64,000 bases of DNA from the IMG/VR virus record IMGVR_UViG_3300020576_005084, positions 1,184 to 65,183 of that record; one strand, written 5' to 3'. The DNA comes from a virus. Its lineage: Duplodnaviria > Caudoviricetes. Under the pieces are notes generated by a model. The model was not told the DNA's origin, did no database searches, and saw only the letters and a list, made by a program, of their open reading frames with translations. Below, in pieces: positions 18,128 to 26,166 of the stretch (position 1 is the stretch's first letter; the number at the start of each line of letters is the position of its first letter). Made by a program: the position numbers and the translations under genes.

Positions 18128-18436
18128 ATGAACACTGCAAAGATCGCCAACAACAGCAACGAGCACCCCATCGACCGCCTCGGCGCCGTGCTCGCCCAGA
18201 TCAAGGATCTGGAAGGCATCGCCAACCCGCTGAAGGAAGAGGTCAAGGCCATGGGCCCCGGCCAGCACGACGGCAACCTGTTCATGGCCACCGTCTCCGA
18301 CGTCGACGAGAGCGAGAGCTACGATAGCAAGGACATGGAGAAGAAGCTCCGCGAGATGGGCGTCACTGACAGCTGGTTCCGTCACCACAAGAAGGTCAAG
18401 GCCGGGTACCGCAAGGTGCTGGTCAAATCGCGATAG
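18128..18436 (+). CDS. Early hypothetical protein
   Basis: 102 aa; first rightward gene; its stop codon overlaps the 5' strand of hammerhead 1. Confidence 0.75.
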   Translation: MNTAKIANNSNEHPIDRLGAVLAQIKDLEGIANPLKEEVKAMGPGQHDGNLFMATVSDVDESESYDSKDMEKKLREMGVTDSWFRHHKKVKAGYRKVLVKSR

Positions 18437-18493
18437 GTCGAAACGCCGGGTGGAGGCCCGGCGTATGCCAGTGATGCTGGCACTGACGAGACC
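18436..18493 (+). ncRNA. Hammerhead ribozyme 1, type II (open stem II)
   Basis: GGUC-GAAA-C-GCCGGG-(UGGAGG)-CCCGGC-G-U-A^UGCCAG-(UGAUG)-CUGGCA-CUGACGA-GACC. Complete core (CUGANGA, GAAA, GUA), perfect stems I and III, 4-bp stem II. Predicted cleavage after 18465. Confidence 0.93.
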
Positions 18494-18512
18494 AACCAAG
18501 AAGGAATGACAC

Positions 18513-18866
18513 ATGAAAGTTCGCGACTACTTCGCCGGTATGGCCATGCAGGCCTACATCATAGCTGCGGCGCAGAAGGCCCCGGCAATTACAAACGAAA
18601 ACGAAGAAAGCATAACCGCCGACAACTACGCCCTTGCAGACAGCGCGTACAACATGGCGGCGGCAATGATGCAGTACCGCGAGGACAATCTCGAGGCAGG
18701 GAAAAACTGGTCGCTGACGGTCGAACCAACAAGCGGCGACGATTTTATCGTGCGTGGGGTTACCAACATGGCCATCTACGACATCGGCGAGCGCATCGAG
18801 CGCGGCGTCATAGCTCTTCTGTGTGAAGATGAAGACTGCGAGGTGATTTTCATTTCCACACCGTAA
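18513..18866 (+). CDS. Hypothetical protein of the widespread phage 'RDYFA...AM' family, bracketed by two ribozymes
   Basis: MKVRDYFAGMAMQA...AY.MAAAMM.YR motif plus an acidic C-terminal domain; RBS AAGAAGGA. Confidence 0.75.
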   Translation: MKVRDYFAGMAMQAYIIAAAQKAPAITNENEESITADNYALADSAYNMAAAMMQYREDNLEAGKNWSLTVEPTSGDDFIVRGVTNMAIYDIGERIERGVIALLCEDEDCEVIFISTP

Positions 18867-18868
18867 CA

Positions 18869-18928
18869 GGTCGAAACGACGCCCTGCCCCGGCGCCGTCT
18901 GCCAGTGATGCTGGCACTGATGATGACC
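18869..18928 (+). ncRNA. Hammerhead ribozyme 2, type II, with an extra U between A9 and stem II
   Basis: GGUC-GAAA-C-GACGCC-(CUGCCCC)-GGCGCC-G-U-C^UGCCAG-(UGAUG)-CUGGCA-CUGAUGA-U-GACC. Stem I identical to copy 1; stem III has one A-C mismatch. Predicted cleavage after 18899. Confidence 0.88.
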
Positions 18929-18949
18929 AACCAAGAAGGACAGACCCTG

Positions 18950-19198
18950 ATGACGAAACCCACGCTGGTCCCTGCACCCAAGACTTGGCAGGAGAAGGCC
19001 ACCCTGCTGCAGAACAAAACACTGGAAGCGCTGCACGCTTGGAGCAACGCGCTGGTCGACTACCAGACAACCCCCGGCATGCTGTCGATGAACACCATGG
19101 ACCGCATGGAGACACGCATCGGTCACCTGTGGGCGCAGTACAAGGCCGCTGCGAAAGCGCGCGACACCTTCTTCGACAACCAGACAGGGAAGGCCTGA
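18950..19198 (+). CDS. Hypothetical protein
   Basis: MTKPTLV..., 82 aa; RBS AAGAAGGA immediately after hammerhead 2. Confidence 0.7.
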   Translation: MTKPTLVPAPKTWQEKATLLQNKTLEALHAWSNALVDYQTTPGMLSMNTMDRMETRIGHLWAQYKAAAKARDTFFDNQTGKA

Positions 19199-19201
19199 GC
19201 C

Positions 19202-19558
19202 GTGACCAAGATCGGCGACAAGCTCTGGCGCTACAATCGCGATGCGGACAACCGCATGGGCCGCGATGGCAAGATGATGGATCCGTGGACCGACAGCTAC
19301 AAGATCACGGGCGAGAGCAAGACGCACTGGCTCGTATCGCTGGGACACTACAACGCTAAGGTCAACAAGAAGACGCTGCAGGAGAGCACGCGATCGGGCT
19401 GGGGCAACATACAGTGGTACACCGAGGCGGGCATGACCGAACGCAAGTGGCGCGAAACGCACGCCAAGAAGATTGCTGGCCTCGTTACCGGCCAAGCCAC
19501 CGTCGACCAGTTGAAACAGATCGCCAAGATTGTTGGCTACAAGGAGACCGACCAGTGA
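19202..19558 (+). CDS. Hypothetical protein (beta-barrel-like)
   Basis: 118 aa; GTG start; normal codon usage. Confidence 0.7.
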   Translation: MTKIGDKLWRYNRDADNRMGRDGKMMDPWTDSYKITGESKTHWLVSLGHYNAKVNKKTLQESTRSGWGNIQWYTEAGMTERKWRETHAKKIAGLVTGQATVDQLKQIAKIVGYKETDQ

Positions 19559-19848
19559 GCAACACCGAGAACACCATTATATTCGACGAAGATAGCCTGA
19601 AGAACACGGCCGAGGCGTTGATCGTCGTCAACCCCCGAGGACACAGCGTGTCCGAGGGCATCTACCAGTACATGAAGAACACCGCGCTGCGGCAGCTCGA
19701 CAAAACACCCGACTATGTCGGCTACCTGAGCACGGCCGGGTTCGAGCTTTGCTTCTGGCGCGACGATGACGGCCACATGAACGTGCGCGCGTCCGTCATG
19801 GCCTACACCGTCGTTCGCTTTCTCAAGGAAAAAGGACTGAGCAAATGA
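19555..19848 (+). CDS. Hypothetical protein
   Basis: GTG start overlapping the upstream stop (GTGA); RBS AAGGAG; 97 aa. Confidence 0.65.
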   Translation: MSNTENTIIFDEDSLKNTAEALIVVNPRGHSVSEGIYQYMKNTALRQLDKTPDYVGYLSTAGFELCFWRDDDGHMNVRASVMAYTVVRFLKEKGLSK

Positions 19849-20030
19849 AACAGGAACTGAAAGACAAGATCCTCGCCGTCACGAAGAACAGCAAGTTTGG
19901 TTCGATCCTGCGCTGCGCGCTGAACGTCGAGCGCGATGCGCTGCCGCGCTTCACCGGCAAGGCGATCGTGACCAGCGATGGGTTCGTCATGGCTACCTTC
20001 ATAAGTTCTGACGGCGATCTGGGCGATTAA
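19845..20030 (+). CDS. Hypothetical protein
   Basis: 61 aa; ATGA overlap; RBS AAAGGA. Confidence 0.55.
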   Translation: MKQELKDKILAVTKNSKFGSILRCALNVERDALPRFTGKAIVTSDGFVMATFISSDGDLGD

Positions 20031-20072
20031 AAACAAAAAATCTTGGACCCACATCACAAAGGAAAGCACCTG

Positions 20073-20801
20073 ATGTCTGATACCTCTGATATGTTCCGCC
20101 GCTTCCAGCGGCATCCTGAAGCCCTCGAGCAGGCCGACACGGTCGAGAAGTTCGTCGAGCTGGTCTATGCGGGCCCGGCCAAGGGCCACGCCGATGCCGG
20201 TGTGATCGAGATGTTCGTCAAGCCGTCGAACGCGTGGACCCGCTACGTCTTCCGCACGCTGAAGGCCCACGGCATCGACACGGCGCCGTCCCGGCCGCTG
20301 TATGTGCCCGAGGCGAAGAAGCTGACCGACATTGTCTGGGATGTCCGCTTCCTGCCATGCCCCGAGGGTGGCCAGACGCGCGAGCAGAACCTGCAGCAGG
20401 TGGGCCACAGGCTCTTCCTGAGCGGCCTGCGCAGCAAGGGTGACATCCCGTTCGGCACCATGGGCGGCACGCGCAGCTGGTCTCCCGGCTGGCTCAAGCG
20501 CGGCGAGAAGATCCGCCAGCACAATGGCGGCAAGACCTACGGCTGCTATGCCCGGCCGCAGACCGCTGTGCTGGAAGCGTGGCGCAGCATTGTCGGCGGC
20601 GTGATCGACGCGCTGGAGTTCGTGCGCTGGGACGACGGCCGCACGCTGGTGCTGGCGCGCGGCGAGAAGACGTTCGAGCTCTGGCTGGCGCTGCTGGATC
20701 CCGGCGCGTGTGGTGCTGCCACCCTCATGCCGTTCGAAGACCAGCAGCTGATCGCCGACAACAAGGCCGCTGCGATCGCGGCGTGGGGAGACGACGCATG
20801 A
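20073..20801 (+). CDS. Hypothetical protein
   Basis: Start MSDTSD after RBS AAAGGA; 242 aa; strong codon bias. Confidence 0.75.
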   Translation: MSDTSDMFRRFQRHPEALEQADTVEKFVELVYAGPAKGHADAGVIEMFVKPSNAWTRYVFRTLKAHGIDTAPSRPLYVPEAKKLTDIVWDVRFLPCPEGGQTREQNLQQVGHRLFLSGLRSKGDIPFGTMGGTRSWSPGWLKRGEKIRQHNGGKTYGCYARPQTAVLEAWRSIVGGVIDALEFVRWDDGRTLVLARGEKTFELWLALLDPGACGAATLMPFEDQQLIADNKAAAIAAWGDDA

Positions 20802-20905
20802 GCTGGGAGATCGTCAAGACCCTGATCATCGTCTTCGTGCTGATCGCGATCGGCACGGCGATACCCTACGCCACCCAGTTCGGCATCCGTCTGGTGGTGC
20901 CATGA
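20798..20905 (+). CDS. Small membrane protein (35 aa)
   Basis: MSWEIVKTLIIVFVLIAIGTAIPYATQFGIRLVVP; ATGA overlaps on both sides. Confidence 0.55.
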   Translation: MSWEIVKTLIIVFVLIAIGTAIPYATQFGIRLVVP

Positions 20906-21282
20906 GCCAGCCCAAGACCGAGGTGTATTTCCTCGCCCAGATCCGCGGGAGCAACGGCATAGAGTGGGGCGCGTGGCGCGACATCACCGAGGATCCTGAC
21001 TGGGTGCACAACACGCTGGACGAGGCGCTGGTGCATCTGGAGTGCTACCTGCACTTCACCAAGCATGGTGTGTATCCGGCCGCGTACATGGAGATCCTGC
21101 ACAATAAGGGCAGCCTGCTGGCCATGCTAAACTACGAGAGCGCGAAGATGCAGCGGGAGCACATCATCAAGAACAAGGAGTTCGGCACCAAGACCCAGCT
21201 GCGCATCGTCAAGCGCACACTGGTGATCACCGACGAGGTGGTCGAGGTGCCCGCGACCGTCAGCTACGGAGAAGAGAAGTGA
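20902..21282 (+). CDS. Hypothetical protein
   Basis: 126 aa, coupled to its neighbours. Confidence 0.7.
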   Translation: MSQPKTEVYFLAQIRGSNGIEWGAWRDITEDPDWVHNTLDEALVHLECYLHFTKHGVYPAAYMEILHNKGSLLAMLNYESAKMQREHIIKNKEFGTKTQLRIVKRTLVITDEVVEVPATVSYGEEK

Positions 21283-21692
21283 GTATCGATTGCCCCTACT
21301 GCGGCAAACCCGCCGAGTTCGTCAGCGGCCCCGAGATCTATCCGCACCGCGGCGATCTTGCGTCGAAGCAATACTGGCTGTGCCGGAAGTGCGATGCGTA
21401 TGTTGGGTGCCACCAGAACACGACGACGCCCCTCGGGCGCCTTGCAGATCCGAAGTTGCGCAAGGCCAAGATCGCTGCGCATGCCGCGTTCGATCCCATC
21501 TGGCGAAGCGCGCACGAGAGCAGGCGGCCGAAGGCCCGGCGCGATGCGTACAAGTGGCTGGCCGAAGCTCTGGGCATGCGCCCGGCCGACACGCACATCG
21601 GCATGTTCGACGAGAAGATGTGCATGCGCGTGGTGACGCTGTGCAAGGAGTACGCAGTGAAGAAGCTCGCTGCAGAGATGATGGAGAAGTGA
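21279..21692 (+). CDS. DUF3268-family zinc-finger protein
   Basis: 'CPYCG...YWLC..CDAYVGCH...PLGRLAD..LR..K..AH.AFDPIW...R..AY.WLAE.LG.....THIGMFD...C', the DUF3268 signature. Confidence 0.85.
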   Translation: MSIDCPYCGKPAEFVSGPEIYPHRGDLASKQYWLCRKCDAYVGCHQNTTTPLGRLADPKLRKAKIAAHAAFDPIWRSAHESRRPKARRDAYKWLAEALGMRPADTHIGMFDEKMCMRVVTLCKEYAVKKLAAEMMEK

Positions 21693-21749
21693 CGCACGAC
21701 GTTTTGAAAACCTTTCAACCATTTTGACCGCAAACCAAGGAGAACTAGC

Positions 21750-22187
21750 ATGACCACTTATCGTGTTTCTTTTGATGTGCCGGAGAGCAAGCTGACCACT
21801 GTCATCGGTCTGCTTTCCAAGGAAGTGAAGAATCTTGTCATCCGTGACACCGGCACGATCAACGGCGCAACGCCGTCAGCCGCAAAGCCCGTGCCGCAAC
21901 CGTCGCAGCCACCCCCGCCCCAGCACAGAAAGTCCAGCAGCCGCAATGGTGTCCACGGCGCCATGTGGAATTCAACCATACAAGGCGTCATGGACCGGCA
22001 CGTTCATGTCGGCGACATGATCACCATGCAAGATATCCAGAGCATACTCGCCACGAACAATTACAGGCCGACATCTGCCAGCTCGCTTGTCACCAACATG
22101 GTTGCGGCTGGCCTGTTTGAACGTGTTGGGGGCGGCAACCTTCGCTGCCTGAAAGATCCGGCAAGTGTTGTGGTGGCCCGGGGTTAA
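21750..22187 (+). CDS. Putative winged-helix DNA-binding protein
   Basis: C-terminal 'ITMQDIQSIL....RPTSASSLVTNMVAAGLFERVGGG' is wHTH-like; RBS AAGGAG. Confidence 0.5.
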   Translation: MTTYRVSFDVPESKLTTVIGLLSKEVKNLVIRDTGTINGATPSAAKPVPQPSQPPPPQHRKSSSRNGVHGAMWNSTIQGVMDRHVHVGDMITMQDIQSILATNNYRPTSASSLVTNMVAAGLFERVGGGNLRCLKDPASVVVARG

Positions 22188-22219
22188 AAACCCCGGGAAA
22201 CCGGTCTGCAACCCCCGGG

Positions 22220-22248
22220 TTGACAGGTATGCGCATATCCCCCATTAT
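22220..22248 (+). promoter_or_regulatory. Sigma70-type promoter with an operator copy
   Basis: TTGACA-N17-CATTAT; the spacer holds GGTATGCGCATATC (22226-22239, 13/14 match to the 18066 palindrome). Confidence 0.65.
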
Positions 22249-22278
22249 CCCCCTGCAACCAACCAAGGGATTGACCCC

Positions 22279-22785
22279 ATGACCAAGAATATCCACACCG
22301 CCAAGCTCCCCGACGGCACCATCGCCAAGCGCACCAGCTTCTCTGGCCGCGCCTACCTCTTCTGCGTTGCCACCCTCCCGTCTTATGAGCTGGCGCTGAA
22401 GCGGGCTTCCAAGCCCTCCGAGACCGACGCTTCGAACTACAAGTACCACCTGCGCGTCATCGCTGAAAAAGGCACAACGTACCAGACCAAGTGGAACAAC
22501 GAGACTAACGAAGAGTACGCCGCCCGTTGCGCCGAGCGTGTCGCTGAAGCCATTGAGGACAACAAGGGCGCGACCAGCGCCGCCGAGTATGTGGCCATCA
22601 AGGTCGCCGAGCGCATCGCCCACATCGAAGATCTGAAGGCCAACGGCCATTTCAAGAAGTGGATTGTGCAGGGCTGGCAGTCCCGCGCGGATCTCGCCCA
22701 GAAGGAACTGGACAAGGCCCTGAAGAGCGAATGGTTGATCGTCGCCGACGCCAAGATCATCCCCGTCACCATGGTCACCGAGTAA
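22279..22785 (+). CDS. Hypothetical protein
   Basis: Start MTKNIH after RBS AAGGGA; 168 aa; highly biased codons. Confidence 0.75.
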   Translation: MTKNIHTAKLPDGTIAKRTSFSGRAYLFCVATLPSYELALKRASKPSETDASNYKYHLRVIAEKGTTYQTKWNNETNEEYAARCAERVAEAIEDNKGATSAAEYVAIKVAERIAHIEDLKANGHFKKWIVQGWQSRADLAQKELDKALKSEWLIVADAKIIPVTMVTE

Positions 22786-23069
22786 TGGGCATCCTCGATC
22801 GCTGGTCGCCCTTCCCCAAAGTCAACAGCAGCCGTGGCGCCCCGATGGGCCGCCACGGCGACGGCGTCGACCAGTGGGACGGGCAGGGTGAGCTCGTCGC
22901 CCGCCACTGCGGTGGTGACGGCTACTATGACTGTGGCGGCGCGTACTGGGGCCACAACCGCGTGTATGCCGTCTGGCGCAAAGGCCACGGCCGCAGGTTC
23001 TGCGCCTACGTCGAGGCGCACAGCAAGGCTGGCGCGATCGCCATCGTCAAGCAGGAGAGCGAGCAATGA
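22785..23069 (+). CDS. Hypothetical protein
   Basis: MGILDRWSPF..., 94 aa; 'GGDGYYDCGGAYWG' motif; TAATG overlap. Confidence 0.65.
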   Translation: MGILDRWSPFPKVNSSRGAPMGRHGDGVDQWDGQGELVARHCGGDGYYDCGGAYWGHNRVYAVWRKGHGRRFCAYVEAHSKAGAIAIVKQESEQ

Positions 23070-24571
23070 AGACCGCAGTCAAAGCCAAGCGCCGCTTCAC
23101 CGAGCGCAGCAAGAAGCATAAGCCGATGTCGCTGAGCGCCGATCACAAGGCCGTTGTCAACGGTGTGACGCTCTTTCCGACACAGGTGCGCGTGCCGGAT
23201 CACGAGAGCAACCTGTTCAAGCCCGGCGCCAACAACGTCAAGATCGGATCCCACGTCGCCAAGGGAAAACTCTGGGCGGGCTTTCCGATCTACATGCTGT
23301 CTCTGGAGGAGCGCGCGACGTGCCCCCGGGTGTGCGAGAACTGGAACCAGTGCTTGTTGCCCGGATCTCTTGTGCTGACTGCGAATCTGCGTTGGGTGCC
23401 GATCGAAAAATTGAAAGTCGGCGACAAGATCGTCGGCTTCGATGAAGAGCACGATGGTTCTCGCAGAAAGTTAAGGCGTTTTAGAACGTCGATCGTCGAA
23501 GCGCTTGGCGAAGCGCGAAAGGCATCGTACCGGGTCAGCACCAGTCTAGGTGAGTTGAGCGCGTCAGCCGAACACCTTTGGCTTGTTCGTCGCGATCGCG
23601 CCGGGTTCATGTGGCGCAAGACAGAAGATCTGGAGCTCGACGACGAGATCCAGTTTCTCAAGAAACCGTGGTTTCAAAATGAAAGCTATGAGGCGGGGCG
23701 TGTACGCGGCTTTGTTGAAGGCGAAGGTTTTGTTGACGTTCGCAAAGGCCGCCTTGGCTGGGCGCAAAGACCCGGCAAGCTCATAGAAGAAATAAACCAC
23801 GACGTTAAAAAACTTGGCTTCCATTTCATCAGTCAGTTTTGTCGTTCAGGCGTCAACAGGTCCGAGATGCATCTGACCCATCTCGAGGGTGGCTGGCGTG
23901 AAGTTATGCGCTTCCTCGGAACGATCCGGCCGACACGTCTTATCGAGCGCGCAGAAGAGCTGTTCAACGGTCGTTTTGTGCAGGCAGCAGATTACGGCAC
24001 TGCCGCCAAGGTGCGTTCGATCGAACCGCTCGGCCGTAGAAAAGTGATCACCATCAAGACGTCAACCAAGACCCTCGTGGCTGAAGGATTTCTCGTTCAT
24101 AACTGCTACGGCAACCACATGCCGTTCGCCCGCCGCTGGGCCGCTGGCGAAGCCCTCGAGCAGGCCATCCCGGTCGAGCTGACCAAGCTCGCGAAGAAGC
24201 ATCCCGGCGGGTTCGTTGTCCGGCTGCACATTCTCGGCGATTTCTACAGCGCCAAATACGTCAAGCTCTGGGGCTCGATGATGGCGCGCATCCCCCAGCT
24301 CTGCGTGTACGGCTACACGCGGCGCGAGAAAGACAGCGCCGAGGGCATACACCTGCGGATGATCGAAGATCTGCACCCGGGCCGCTGGCGGATCCGCTGG
24401 AGCGAGCGCCCGGGCGAGATGGGCACCAAGGTCACGGATGATGTCACCGCGCGTGGCAAGACGCCCGAGGGCATCGTGTGCCCGGCCCAGACCGAGGGCG
24501 ACGAAGTTTGCTGCGGCAATTGCAGCCTGTGCTGGAGCCAGTCTGCTCCGATCATTTTCATCAATCACTAG
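23066..24571 (+). CDS. Gp88-like putative Fe-S/radical-SAM-like protein interrupted by an intein
   Basis: Extein about 250 aa with TCPRVCENWNQ/CYGNHM (CX3CX5C after splicing), 'VRLHILGDFYS', 'YGYT' and a C-terminal CPAQ...CGNCSLCW. Confidence 0.75.
   Translation: MKTAVKAKRRFTERSKKHKPMSLSADHKAVVNGVTLFPTQVRVPDHESNLFKPGANNVKIGSHVAKGKLWAGFPIYMLSLEERATCPRVCENWNQCLLPGSLVLTANLRWVPIEKLKVGDKIVGFDEEHDGSRRKLRRFRTSIVEALGEARKASYRVSTSLGELSASAEHLWLVRRDRAGFMWRKTEDLELDDEIQFLKKPWFQNESYEAGRVRGFVEGEGFVDVRKGRLGWAQRPGKLIEEINHDVKKLGFHFISQFCRSGVNRSEMHLTHLEGGWREVMRFLGTIRPTRLIERAEELFNGRFVQAADYGTAAKVRSIEPLGRRKVITIKTSTKTLVAEGFLVHNCYGNHMPFARRWAAGEALEQAIPVELTKLAKKHPGGFVVRLHILGDFYSAKYVKLWGSMMARIPQLCVYGYTRREKDSAEGIHLRMIEDLHPGRWRIRWSERPGEMGTKVTDDVTARGKTPEGIVCPAQTEGDEVCCGNCSLCWSQSAPIIFINH
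23351..24103 (+). mobile_element. Intein (251 aa) with a single LAGLIDADG-like motif
   Basis: Block A CLLPGSLVLTANLRWVPIEKLKVGDKI; block B SASAEHLWLV; GFVEGEG; block F/G KVITIKTSTKTLVAEGFLVHN followed by Cys+1. Lower GC than the exteins. Confidence 0.92.
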
Positions 24572-24581
24572 GAGGACCGAC

Positions 24582-24974
24582 ATGACCAAGTACCACGGCG
24601 TATATGCGTTGGATTTATTTCTGCGCGACAATCCTGCGCACATCTTGCCGTTCGTGGCATTGATGGCGGCGGAGCCTGAAGCAAATAAGAGCGTCGTGTT
24701 GATGCTACGCAGCGCTAAACAAGGCAACTGCGTCAAAGACTGCGGCCCTTGTGGCAAGCCGATAAAGAGCGTGGGTGAGTTGGCAGGTTTTGCCTACTTC
24801 CGTGGGCAGGACGACAGGAACGACAAACCGACTGCGCTTCTTGCGGCGGTGTGTCAGAGCTGCGCTTCGCTTGGCCCTGACATTGTGATCAGCCGATATT
24901 CTGATCTGCTTAAGAAAAAACTTTTTAACGGCGAGCTGGTCGCCGTTCCTGATCCCACCAGCGACAACTATTAG
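24582..24974 (+). CDS. Hypothetical protein (two CxxC motifs)
   Basis: Start MTKYHG after RBS AGGAGG; 130 aa; lower GC. Confidence 0.65.
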   Translation: MTKYHGVYALDLFLRDNPAHILPFVALMAAEPEANKSVVLMLRSAKQGNCVKDCGPCGKPIKSVGELAGFAYFRGQDDRNDKPTALLAAVCQSCASLGPDIVISRYSDLLKKKLFNGELVAVPDPTSDNY

Positions 24975-24987
24975 AAAGGACCGAGAA

Positions 24988-25500
24988 ATGGGTACGCGTT
25001 CAGACATCATCGTTCAAAGACAAGACGGCAAGTACGCCCGGATCTATTGCCACTGGGACGGCTACATCGATCACAACGGCAAGATCCTTTACGCACACTA
25101 CAACTCGCAGGAGCTGGCCGAAAAACTGACGCAGTTGGGCGATCTTTCTGTGTTGGCGCCCAGAGCGAACAAACCGAAGGGTCACACGTTCGACACGCCG
25201 AAGAAAGGCTACTGCATCGCCTACGGCCGTGATCGCGGCGAGAAGGACGTCGACGCTACGGTGGTCGACACGTTGGCCGAAGCATGGCCTGAGCAGGACA
25301 CATGGACCGAGTTCACTTACGTCTGGTCGCGCGAGCTGGGCGGCAAGGATTTCGAAAACGGCGCGTGGTGGGTGGGCGATCCTGATGAAGGTTCGCAGAC
25401 CCTCAAGCTGCTGGCCGAAGTCATTGCCGGTGTCGCCGTGATCAAGACGGCGATCAAGGTGCCGTTTCTCGGCGCCAGCAAGAAAGTGCAGAGGACATAA
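24988..25500 (+). CDS. Conserved phage protein ('MGTRS...IYCHWDGY' family)
   Basis: The N-terminal motif TRS.I......IYCH.DGY....G..L..HY recurs in many phages; RBS AAAGGA. Confidence 0.75.
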   Translation: MGTRSDIIVQRQDGKYARIYCHWDGYIDHNGKILYAHYNSQELAEKLTQLGDLSVLAPRANKPKGHTFDTPKKGYCIAYGRDRGEKDVDATVVDTLAEAWPEQDTWTEFTYVWSRELGGKDFENGAWWVGDPDEGSQTLKLLAEVIAGVAVIKTAIKVPFLGASKKVQRT

Positions 25501-26090
25501 TGGACACTGCAGACAAACTGAGAGACGCCAACCCGTGGCGTGCCGAGCCGGATCCCGTCAAGCTGGCGATCCTCGGGAAGCTGAGCGAGGAGCTGGGCGA
25601 GCTGCAGGCGGCCGTCGCGCGCTGCATCATCCAAGGCCTCGACGGCGTGCATCCTGTCACCGGCAAGCCGAACATCGATTGGTTGTGTGAAGAAAAAACC
25701 GACGTCGAGAACATGTTGTTCTTTTTAGGCGAAGAGCTGTCGCTGTTCTTGGCTATCGATGGCTCGGACGATGCCGCGATGACAGAACGGCGCAAAAAGA
25801 AACAAGCGCACATCCAACAGTGGTTGGATCAGTTGGATCCGCCACCTTTCGATAAGGACAGCAAAGAGATGTTCGTCACTGCCGAGTTGCTTGGTAGTGG
25901 CTGGGCTGCGGTGTGCTACCACTGGAACACCGAAGATCCTGTTGTGCTTAAAGCGCGTGGCTTCTGGGAGCCTTGGGATGTCGTGCCGGGCAGGTACGCC
26001 ACGGTCGAGGAAGCCGACGCCGTGGCCCGGGAATGGGCCCGGGACACCGGGGTCCGCTACCGGCCGCAGGAGCCCAAGAAAACCGCCTAA
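25500..26090 (+). CDS. MazG-like nucleotide pyrophosphohydrolase fused to an unknown C-terminal domain
   Basis: 'KLSEELGELQAAVARCIIQG...LCEEKTDV' gives the MazG ExxE...ExxD acidic cluster. Confidence 0.65.
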   Translation: MDTADKLRDANPWRAEPDPVKLAILGKLSEELGELQAAVARCIIQGLDGVHPVTGKPNIDWLCEEKTDVENMLFFLGEELSLFLAIDGSDDAAMTERRKKKQAHIQQWLDQLDPPPFDKDSKEMFVTAELLGSGWAAVCYHWNTEDPVVLKARGFWEPWDVVPGRYATVEEADAVAREWARDTGVRYRPQEPKKTA

Positions 26091-26110
26091 AATAATCTGC
26101 AACCACCCCC

Positions 26111-26140
26111 TTGCACCCGGGCCGGATATGCGTCTATCTT
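26111..26140 (+). promoter_or_regulatory. Sigma70-type promoter with a degenerate operator copy
   Basis: TTGCAC-N18-TATCTT; GATATGCGTCTATC at 26125-26138 (12/14 match). Confidence 0.55.
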
Positions 26141-26166
26141 GGCCGGGTGATCAGGAAGCTCTAAAA

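Noticed and set aside
18436-18940. The two near-identical intergenic repeats as a CRISPR mini-array or terminators
   Set aside because: Only two copies, separated by a full ORF, with no U-tract. The hammerhead fold explains every conserved base.
18947-18960. CTGATGA-C-GAAAC overlapping the start codon after hammerhead 2, resembling a third hammerhead core
   Set aside because: Only 1 nt separates CUGAUGA from GAAA, so there is no stem II, and no flanking stems I or III are evident. It is explained by the codons ATG ACG AAA.
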